Position numbers and translations under genes: made by a program
Assembly: GCA_951406725.2 (NCBI GenBank)
Contig: OX597820.1
Coordinates: forward strand, 11,594,001-11,658,000
DNA length: 64,000 nt
Source: Octopus vulgaris
Taxonomy: Eukaryota
Direction of reading: 5' to 3'
The notes under the pieces: model-generated
The model's input: only the letters and a program-made list of their open reading frames with translations
What the model was told of the DNA's origin: nothing
The model's database searches: none
Shown: one piece after another, positions 54,330 through 64,000 of the stretch
How positions within the stretch are numbered: the stretch's first letter is position 1
How the letters are laid out: every line of letters starts with the position of its first letter

Positions 54330-55381
54330 AGTGAGGAATGAATCAGAAATAAGCAAAACAGCATATAATAGACAGAAAAGTCCGTGCAAATGTTCTGTTC
54401 TTCTTGATGATTCTTCAAATTCCTTGAATTTTTTATTGGCATCGAAACAAACAGATTCATTTACAATTGGGATAGTCTCCAATATTTCTGTTTCTTTCAA
54501 ATACTCTGCAAGCAGTAAGTCACCATTTCGAGTTTGTTTTATCTTTTACTTCTCGTCTTGTAAGATATTTATGGTAACCAAAAGCAGATGTTTCTAGATT
54601 AACACTTTGAACTTCATGCTAAATTAATTTTCCACCCCCAGAGTAAAGAGTCTTAGAAAAATCCACTCCTCAGTTTTCCTGAGTGCACTTTTAGAAGGAC
54701 GTGCAACCAATTCGGCATCTTGAATTTTCAAACTTCTTGGACCAGAAACATATTTAAGCAACCCTGAAATTATTATTTGTCTCCTTGAAAAATAATAAAT
54801 AATTCAGCATTCCTTTAATGACGTTGCCAAAGGAATATTGCGCGGTTGTTAATAGTTGAAAGAGACTTCAGTGGTCAAAGTATTTCCTTCTCTTGAACAA
54901 AGGCCCTTTAGTGTCACCTCAAAAGGGATGACACACAGTGACGATGCCTTTAAAATTCCCCATTTCTTTGAAAATAATAGTCTCTGTGAATTGAATTACA
55001 CTTAACGCTCTTGCTTTCGGTCCAGGATCGTCTTGATTCCTTTACGGTTAACTCGGCATTTAACAAAATCTTGGAGCATCTTATTTTTCAAACAAAGCAT
55101 CCAAGCAGTTCGGCGAATTTTCCTTCTTCCTTTATATTTTTCTCCCTTTTTGCTTTTTCAGCAGAGAAAGCCCTCTTGAAAGGATGGAATAATTACCGGT
55201 TCTTCAAGTTCCAAAACGGGATTCTTAATTCTTCATTTGAACCATCAACGTCTTCAATTTCATATGAAACTTCACTGAACGCAGCTTTAACAACTTCCAC
55301 TTCATCATCGTCACTTTCCGTGTTCTCACCTATTGATTCTTCAATAAAACCTTGTTTATGATGTTCAGTTTGCAATCTCAT
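54330..55381 (-). pseudogene. Heavily decayed hAT-like transposase
   Basis: Hand translation gives an acidic stretch ESDDDEVEV, then FKRAFSAEKAKREKNIKEEGKFAELL, PFEVTLKGLCSREGNTLTTE, RRQIIISGLLKY and KEFEESSRRTEHL, in the order recalled for invertebrate hAT transposases; many stops and frameshifts. Confidence 0.55.
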
Positions 55382-56059
55382 TTTTTTAAAAAATAAAATT
55401 GGGAGTTTTAGCTAAATCGACTGCATGCGCTAAACATTGCCGATGCCAGGACAAAATTTATCTCCCAAAACCCTGCCATAACATGCAAACACAATATACT
55501 ATGAAGTATACTAAATTTCTTCTTTTTTTTTTTTATAAGTCAGTACCACGCAACTGGTACTTAATTTATCGATCCTGAAAGGGTGAAAGGCAAAATCGAC
55601 CTCGGCGGAATTTGAACCTAGAACGTAAAGATAGACGAAAATGGGATTTATTTATTGACAGCAAGCTACATCCATGCATAGATCAGAATTGGGCCCTTAG
55701 ACCTATGTGGTCTCCACACCCGGACAACTGCCCAATGTGGCCCAGCCTTGAGACGATACTGAATTTAGCGTGTCTGCATATGTATATATGTATTTATATA
55801 CATATGTTAAAGTAAGGCGGTATATAATGGTCTCTATCTTAAGCACAAGTCCATCAACTTTGAAGGGAGAGTGATTAATTGATATCATCAACACCAGTTC
55901 CGGATGGATACCGTGTTTTATCAACACCGAAAAAAGTTCTGTGTTAGAAACCCCCAACGAAATTTGAACTCAGAACATAAACAGCAGGAACGAATGCTGC
56001 AAAGCTTTTTTTTTTTTTGTACTGGTAATGTGAACCTTCTATTATTTACACTGGAAAGA

Positions 56060-57078
56060 AGGCGGCAAGCTGGCAGAACCGTTAGCATTCCGGACAAAAT
56101 GCTTATCGGCATTTCGTCTCTCTTTATGTTCTGAGTTCAAATTCCACCGAGGTCGATTTTGCCTTTCATCCTTTCGGGGTCGATTAAATAAGTACCAGTT
56201 ACGCACTGGGGTCGATATAATCGACTTAATCCGTTTGTCTGTCCTTGTTTGTCCCCTCTGTGTTTAGCCCCTTGTGGGTAGTAAAGGAATAGGTATTTCG
56301 TCTGCCATTATGTTCTGAGTTCAAATTTCGCCTAAGTCGACTTTTTTCATCCTTTCGGGGTCGATGAAAGACCAGTCAAGTGAAGGGAAGTCGATGTAGT
56401 CGAATTCTTCCTGCCCTCAAAAAATTCCAGCCCGGTGCCAAAATTTGAAATCCTTGTTTCCATTGGAAAGTAAATTAAGGTGTTCCGTCTTATTGTTTCA
56501 AATTTTGGCACAAGGCCAGCAATTTTGGGAAATGGGGGTAAGTCGAGAACTGGCCTTATTTCATTACCCCTAGTGCTCAACTGGTGCTTATTTTATCGAC
56601 ACCGAAAGGCAAAGTCGACCTCAGCGGCATTTGAAATCAAAACGTAAAGGCAGACGAAATACCTATTTCTTTACTACCCACAAGGGGCTAAACACAGAGA
56701 GGACAAACAGGGACTGACAAACGGATTACGTCGATTATATCGACTCTAGTGCATAACTGGTACTTATTTAATCGACCCCGAAAGGATGAAAGGCAAAGTC
56801 GACCTCAGCGGAATTTGAACTCAGAACGTAGCGGCAGACGAAATACCTATTTTTTTACTACCCACAAGGGGCTAAACACAGAGAGGACAAACAAGGACAG
56901 ACAAAGGGATTAAGTCGATTATATCGACCCCAGTGGGTAACTGGTACTTATTTAATCGACCCCGAAAGGATGAAAGGCAAAGTCGACCTCGGCAGAATTT
57001 GAACTCAGAACGTATCGGCAGAGGAAATACTACTAAGCATTTCACCCGGCGTGCTAACGTTTCTGCCACCTCACCACC
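56060..57078. mobile_element. Two SINE B arrays tail-to-tail (plus 56060-56450, minus 56490-57078)
   Basis: Consensus match; junctions at about 56290, 56657 and 56840. Confidence 0.85.
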
Positions 57079-57699
57079 TCGTGCTCTGTCATATTAATTC
57101 ATTCCTAATGAGAAACATTCATTAATCATATGTGGGTATAATGTGTGTGTGTGTGTGTGTGTGTGAGTGAGTGTGTGTGTGTGTTCAAGGAATAGGAATA
57201 CCTCTTATATAATGTTGAAAGATGTCAGAACTGTATGGGAACTATGTCAAAATTTGCAATTCCCAACAAAAACGAGTGCTTCACACCATCCACACATTGA
57301 CATCAAATAACCCAATTATTTCAGAGCTAAACAATAAACTAGTTATTTGTTGTTTCTGGTGAGACCTCCGAATCAATTCATGATTTAAATAGACCATATA
57401 TATTTGTGCGTGTGTGCGCGTGTGTGTGTGTGCGCATGTGTGTGTGTTGTTCGAATAAATCAAGTTATACAGGGGTGAGCAAAAGTAGCTATACAGTTGC
57501 TTAATAAGAGAAGAATGATCTTTTCGTTTCTCTATTTCTGTTTTAAACCTAAGAGGTTCATAAGTCGACTAAGGGATCTGCGAGAGATGCCTAGTTCACT
57601 GGAAGCCCTCTTTTTTATTATTCATTATTTCTGGGGAGTCTGAGTGGACGCTTGGGTCACAAACGTTTCATTTTCTTCATTGGCAACACTGACCATTGA

Positions 57700-58590
57700 C
57701 CACTTTTCTGTACGTTACAGATGGATCCAGTCTGCTCAAATTGTTAGAAAAGATCACGAAAGCACAGTTCCCAAAATTACTGCGGAGCTTTATGACCACC
57801 TCGAGAACCCAGTTTCCACAAAAACTGTTCACCGGGTGTTTCGCAAAGCCGGATTTCTCGGGAAGGTTGCAATCAAAAAACCACTACTTTCAAAAACAAA
57901 AATTGCAAAGCATTTAGAGTGGATTAAAAACCTACAGAAGTGATCCCTTGAGCAGTGGAAGAATGTTATTTTCTCGGACGAGTCATCCTTTACTTTCTAT
58001 CCGACCACCGGCCAAGTATACGTGTGGAGACAGCCAAAAGAAGCATTTCACCCAGACTGCCTTCTTCCAACTGTTAAACATGGAGGAGGATCTGTGATGA
58101 TCGGAGGTGGGGGCTATATCTTGGAAATCCGCCGGCCCAATGGTTTCCCTTCATGGCAGACTTAAAAGTCAAGACTATTTAAGCATTTAATCTGATCAAA
58201 TTCATCCTATAGTTGCGGAACTGTTTCAGGGTGATAATGCAGCAATTCACACAGCTAAAGTTGTTACTGAATGACACGAGGAACATTCCAATGACGTTCA
58301 ATAACTTATCTGGCCACCACAGTCCCTAGATCTCAATATTATTGAACATTTATTGTGCATTTTAGAAAGAAAAGTAAGGAGTCGATATCCTCCACCATCA
58401 TCACTGAATTGGAGACTGTTTTAGCTGAAGAATGGACAAAAATTCCTTTGGAAACAATTCAAACTTTGTAGAAGCCCTTAGCTTGTAGAATTCAAGTTGT
58501 AATTACTGCCAAAGGCGGTCCTACCCCATATTAAAATTAAATTCATTTGAAATTTGAAAGTGTTTCCATTATTTTGACCAACTCCTGTAT
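57700..58590 (+). pseudogene. Tc1-family transposase remnant with right terminus
   Basis: HTH region (KITAEL..VSTKTVHR..KKPLLS), WKNVIFSDES, TVKHGGGSVM, FQGDNAAIH, WPPQSLDLNIIEHL; in-frame stops; ends ...ACTCCTG-TA. Confidence 0.9.
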
Positions 58591-58617
58591 CTACCTATCT
58601 ATCTATCTATCTATCTA

Positions 58618-58659
<42 letters not shown>

Positions 58660-58661
<2 letters not shown>

Positions 58662-59060
58662 CTCTTTTACTTGTTTCAGTCATTTGACTGCAGCCATGCT
58701 GGAGCACCGCCTTTAGTCGAGCAAATCGACCCCGGGACTTATTCTTTGTAAGCCCAGTACTTATTCTATCGGTCTCTTTTGCCAAACCGCTAAGTGACGG
58801 GGACGTAAACACACCAGCATCGGTTGTCAAGCAATGCTAGGGGGACAAACACAGACACACAAACATATACACACACACTTATATATATATACATATATAC
58901 GACAGGCTTCTTTCAGTTTCCGTCTACCAAATCCACTCACAAGGCATTGGTCGGCCCGGGGCTATAGCAGAAGACACTTGCCCAAGATGCTACGCAGTGG
59001 GACTGAACCCGGAACCATGTGGTTGGTTAGCAAGCTACTTACCACACTGCCACTCCTGCG

Positions 59061-59063
<3 letters not shown>
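58660..59063 (-). mobile_element. SINE family A, full length
   Basis: Reverse complement of 5279-5690, nearly identical. Confidence 0.9.
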
Positions 59064-59093
<30 letters not shown>

Positions 59094-59600
59094 TTCTGTC
59101 GGTCTTATTACATACATGCATACGTTTCAATTTTGTGTTTCGTTAATTTATGTTAATTTAAATAACGTTGGAAATGTAATTTAAATTAACTTCAATAAAT
59201 TAAAATTAATGGAGGGAAAAAAAAAGACGAAGGAATTTATCTCACAACTCAATAAATACCTGAATATTGTTACACAACATTTTTGCATGTCTTTTCCATT
59301 ACTAAGAACAGACTGCCGACATTACTGCACACCTAAACACACACACACACACACAGTACATTGACACGACGCATATACATATACGCGCACACAACCTTTA
59401 CCACACGTATTATATACACGCATGCGCACTTGCGCACACAGTCACACAGAGGCTGCAGTAAATGTCTCTTATGACAATTATATGTCCTCGCATTACGTTG
59501 CTTTCCTGAACACTTACTCATGGCATCTCACATTTCTATTGAATCATTTGTGTATGTAAAGTATGTATCTGCAGCTATTTTATGCATGCACTTTTTTATA

Positions 59601-59655
<55 letters not shown>

Positions 59656-59927
59656 ACACACACTGACTCACATACAAACACACTTTTTCTCTACAAACTT
59701 GTGCACCCAACAAACCAACCTACCAACCTACAAACCTACCTACCTATCTCCAAAACAGGACGTGCAAATCTACCCATGTGGCTGTGGTGAGAAGTTTGTT
59801 TCCCATCCATATGGTTCCGAGTTCAATCTCACTGCGTGGCACCTTTGGAAAATGTCTGTGGGTAGATCTGGTTGACAGAAACTGAAAAAATCCCGCTGTA
59901 TATAAATATATATCTCTGGACCTTACA

Positions 59928-59961
<34 letters not shown>

Positions 59962-60231
59962 CAAAATAAGCAACAAGAATATCTTCGGTAATTTGGTACG
60001 ATCGTTTCACGCTACATCATTTTATTAAACATTGTAAGTATTACAACAGTTTTAAAATGTTGAGCAATCATCAGCCATTTATAGAGGTTTTCCATTAATA
60101 CATATTTTCATATTAATTGATAACATTATAAAGAAGGTAGATATATATATATATAATCGGTGTGCATTACATACATACATACATACATACATGCATACAT
60201 ACATACATACATACATACATACATACATACA

Positions 60232-60264
<33 letters not shown>

Positions 60265-61199
60265 GTCGTTATTTTCATAAAAAGCCTTTACTTTTTTGAT
60301 TTCCAATGTGCATTTTCACTTCTTTTTCTTCTTACATTTCCACATGTAGTTTCTATTTTCTTTTTGTAACATATTTCTATTATATATATATACGTGCGTG
60401 TGTGTCTTTGTATCAGTGTTTGCCCACCACCACTGCTTGGTAACCGGTGTTGGTATATTTACGTTCCCGTAACTTAACGGTTAGGCAAAAGAGACCGAGG
60501 AGATAGGTGCCAGGCTTTACATGAAAAAAAGTCCTGGAGTCGAAAAGAAAGCAATAAGAAACAGAAAGAAAACAAAATCTAGAAAATATAATCAAAATTA
60601 CGTGATGATAAGATGTAGTTTGAGAGATAATTTGTTTCTATTTCTAGTAGGTCGCATGACCACGTAGACAGTCTCTCCAATTAAAGAACCGTTTGGTATA
60701 TAAACTATAATGGTATGTGGTGTACTGGTTAGAATGTTCGGCTCCAGATCAGGAGGTCGCTGACTCCATTCTTGGACAAGGCGGGAGGCGGCGTGTTCAA
60801 CCAATTTGGTAGGCGGAAACTAAAAGAAGCCCGTCGTGTAAATACACACACACACAAACATATATGTATGTGTGTGTGTGAGAGAGTGAGAGAAAGAGGG
60901 AGACCTACCTCTTAGGTAGGTCACTTCATTTCATATTACTTCTCTCTCCTCAGTTGGAGCGAATATCAAGCGAGTGGTGGTGAAACCTCTCCATCGACCT
61001 GTCACATCCTGGATGTTCCGATGGACAAACGGTGAGGTGGTGGGTTTGAGATGGCTTTTGTCTATGACTGCTTTTGTCGCAAGCTGCTACGAAGAAAAGA
61101 AAGGAAAGACCAGTGAGATGCGGTGTGAGTGGAGTGTGAGGCAAGCAATACTTCAACACCAAATCAAGATTAAGCTATACTGATTTATAAACCATAACA

Positions 61200-61560
61200 G
61201 TTAAATGAAAATACCTCTCTTATGAACAAGAAGCTCAGATTGTGATGTCTTGGAATGTCAACTGGCGGGAGTTTTCAAGAATCGGTCTTCAGAAGGACAT
61301 TATTTGGGAAGTTCAAAACCAGAAACCCAAAGATTGCTTATACAATATCACTGAACTGCTGCATATAGCAATACTTTGGTAATAGATTTTGAAGCAGCCG
61401 AGGTCAACACACTAAGAGAGAAAAAACCCAGAGTTGAGTCGTGTCCAATCTAGTCCAAATGACGGACATTGCGACTGCAACGTCTGCAGCAGGATCTACA
61501 AATCCCGTTTAGGTCAAAGTTCTCACATAAGCGGCACAACAAAACATCGAACTAAGAACA
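61200..61560 (+). pseudogene. RTE-like LINE C-terminal fragment
   Basis: CNVCSRIYKSRLGQSSH resembles the RTE C-terminal CxxCxRxxxSRxGLxSH finger. Confidence 0.55.
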
Positions 61561-62163
61561 CTGTACAACTGTGTCTTACTGAACGGTCATTCACCGAAAC
61601 GACAACAAAGCCCAACAGACCTGATTTCATCCACCAATTTGGCCCTTAAATGCTCTCTATAGAGTACATTCTTTTACAAACATTCAGAAAAACACCAATT
61701 TCAAATATTTTCCTAATTCTACAAGACAAAGAGAAAAGTCAGGAGTGGCGACCTTCTTGTCTAGACTAGGTCATGTAAAAAAAAAATGTATAGATGAAAG
61801 GGATGATGTAGACGTAAACCAGGTCCCAAATCTAGGAATTTAAGTAAGGAGGAAAAAGAGAAATTTAGGTGGTTGAGTGAAGCTGTCTGTATTTTGATTT
61901 AATGCAAAGTGACGAAAATTGAAAACTAACGAAGCCGAGTGACCAGGCTTTTGAACCAGCAAACATCAAAGGAAATCATCAAAGTCAGAGCTAAAACAAG
62001 ATTAAACCAGCTGTGAAACAACTGTCAGGTTTTTGGTTGATTTTTTTGTTGTTGTTTTCGTTTTTGTCTCTTGACAAACCCTAAAATAAACCATGAAATA
62101 TCAATAACATCTGACTAATCAATAAATAATGCACACACCCACACCCACATAATCACTACCCTT

Positions 62164-62208
<45 letters not shown>

Positions 62209-62222
62209 GTGCGTGTGTGTGC

Positions 62223-62275
<53 letters not shown>

Positions 62276-62427
62276 ATTATATATATATTTATATATATAA
62301 ACACACACACACATACATATACACAGATATACCTATGCATATACAAACATACATATAGCTATAGATATGGGTTTGTATGTGTGTGTGTGTGCGTACGTGT
62401 GTGTGTATGTGTGTGCGTGTGTGTACA

Positions 62428-62468
<41 letters not shown>

Positions 62469-62627
62469 CATATGTATGTGTATGCAATATAAATACAATA
62501 AACTTAAATCGATCATGGTATAAATATTGAATAAAATACATGTTCCTATTACCGAATTATAATTATGCTATTTGGAAAATAACAGCATATAAATACCAGG
62601 TGCGTCAGTTCTTTGATACAATAACAG

Positions 62628-62700
62628 ATATTTAATATCTGTTATTTAATATCTGTTATTTAATATCTGTTATTTAATATCTGTTATTTAATATATTTAA
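62628..62700. repeat. 14-bp tandem repeat TATTTAATATCTGT, 4-5 copies
   Basis: Direct periodicity. Confidence 0.9.
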
Positions 62701-63189
62701 TAGAAACCATTTTGGTTACTTCCGCTGAAACATTCAAGCAGCTCCTTGAGCTTGATGAAAGAATAGTTGGACTTAAGAAAAGAAAATCTAAGGACTGGTT
62801 TGCTAAAAACAGTGAAGAAACCGGGGTCTATATAAGAATTTTGGGAGTTCATGCAACAAAATAATAAATTGGGGATTCGCAATAGTATTTTCAGGGCCCC
62901 TGAAATAATTTTGCTTTAGATGTATGTATTGGTATATATTGCAAGACAGATTTCCTTCTCTAACATTTTATATAGTTTAACCTATACAGCTGCTAAATAT
63001 GTTTTTAAACATCGAATGGCTCGGGGTGGGGGTGGGGGCACCAGAATAAAACAGTAGTCAAAGGGGTCCATAGATTGAGAATGGTTAAAAAACCCCTGAT
63101 CTACTATAAATAAATACCTTTTCAAAATCCCTTTATTCAAATTCTTTCACCTTCAGGTCAACAATGTCAGCCAAGTTGTTGCAAATGAT

Positions 63190-63420
63190 AAACCAGTTGC
63201 TCTCCTTGTATCCACGTTTCAACTTGCCCAGACTCTCCAATTCTCTCTCTGTTTTGCTGCATGCATACAGCCAACCAGGCTCTTGTTTCCAGTCCCTTTT
63301 TTAATGTTGTCTCTCCACATATGTCTTTGACGGTCTCTTTGTCTTGTTCCCTCCAAACTTCCTCTGAGGATAGCCTTGAGCAATGAATCGTGACCCATTA
63401 TATCCAAAACCATACGGGGG
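63190..63420 (-). pseudogene. RTE/BovB-like LINE 3' ORF fragment
   Basis: DIMGHDSLLKAILRGSLEGTRQRDRQRHMWRDNIKKGTG...AKQRENWR fits GHIMR..LxKxILxGxxEGxRxRGRQRxxWxDNIKxWTG...AxxRxxWR. Confidence 0.8.
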
Positions 63421-63645
63421 GAAATTAGAAAATTATTATTTTTAAATCTCACAACGAGAGATATTCAGCAACAGTACTTTGGAGTAAAGATTGTTTGCCA
63501 ATATAACATGGCAGCCTGGTTTAGGACGAATGTTGCTGTAATTTAGCCCCAGGAGATATCGTCTCCACCTGGTTTTACAACACGATCTTTGTCCTTATAT
63601 TTTCGAACAAGGAAATCTAGCACCCCCACTCAGCTCAAAACAATA

Positions 63646-63688
63646 TCTGTGTATCGCGATTTCCGGGTTATTTCCCTTCATCAGCACA
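63646..63688 (-). ncRNA. Minimal type-I hammerhead motif
   Basis: Minus: TGTG-CTGATGA-a-GGG aaataa CCC-g-GAAA-TCGCGA-TA-CACA. Confidence 0.75.
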
Positions 63689-63715
63689 ATTTCCCTTCAT
63701 CAGTCGAACAATTAT

Positions 63716-63760
63716 TCTGTGCTGATGAAGGGAAATAACCCAGAAATCGCGATACACAGA
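63716..63760 (+). ncRNA. Minimal type-I hammerhead motif
   Basis: TCTGTG-CTGATGA-a-GGG aaataa CCC-a-GAAA-TCGCGA-TA-CACAGA; palindromic stem III ATCGCGAT. Confidence 0.8.
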
Positions 63761-64000
63761 TATTGTTTTGAGCTGATTGGGGGTGCTAGATTCTCTTGTT
63801 CGAAAATATAAGGACACAGATCGTGTCGTATAGCCAGCTGGAGACGATGTCTCCTGGGGCTAAATTACAACAACGTTCGTCCTAAACTAGATCTACAATG
63901 TTATGCTGGCAAACAATCTTTACGCCATACGCGGGAAATTCAGAACTTATGGGAGGACGAAATAGTGTCACTGAAATTCAGCATACTTCAAAGAATAAGA

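Larger units (their letters stand above)
63481..63926. mobile_element. Penelope-like inverted repeat (arms about 210 bp) with divergent hammerheads at the centre
   Basis: 63481-63688 is the reverse complement of 63716-63926; related single copy at 38765-38960. Confidence 0.8.

Noticed and set aside
57467-57500. TACAGGGGTGAGCAAAAG as left TIR of the Tc1 remnant
   Set aside because: Only loosely similar to the right end (TACAGGAGTTGGTCAAAA in reverse), so it may belong to another element
61960-61990. Two TCF/LEF-like ATCAAAG sites
   Set aside because: Short motifs expected by chance in AT-rich DNA, with no supporting evidence

Overview
Repeat-saturated, AT-rich eukaryotic non-coding DNA with no intact protein-coding gene. 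Nearly all listed ORFs are read-throughs of (TA)n, (CA)n, (GATA)n, (GA)n, (ATT)n or (GGT)n microsatellites or of SINEs. The repeat repertoire resembles an octopod cephalopod genome (inference from recognised SINE-like sequence, not a database result). The window holds about 20 copies or fragments of a tRNA/CORE-type SINE, tandem arrays of a second SINE, other tRNA-headed SINEs, RTE-clade LINE fragments, a Tx1/L1-type ORF1 remnant with a CCHC knuckle, a decayed Tc1-type transposase with DD36E spacing, a decayed hAT-like transposase and two non-autonomous Helitrons. The most striking signal is at RNA level. About ten minimal type-I hammerhead ribozyme motifs, intact or decayed, occur, several of them in Penelope-like inverted-repeat elements. 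Four further loci, from three families with different sequences (3961-4079, 47163-47281, 18580-18701, 45988-46131; all minus strand), carry the three hammerhead core strands in a non-circularly permuted order (NUH, then GAAA, then CUGANGA) inside the same six-helix fold, with different paired sequences in each family. All structures were derived by eye; catalytic activity is untested.
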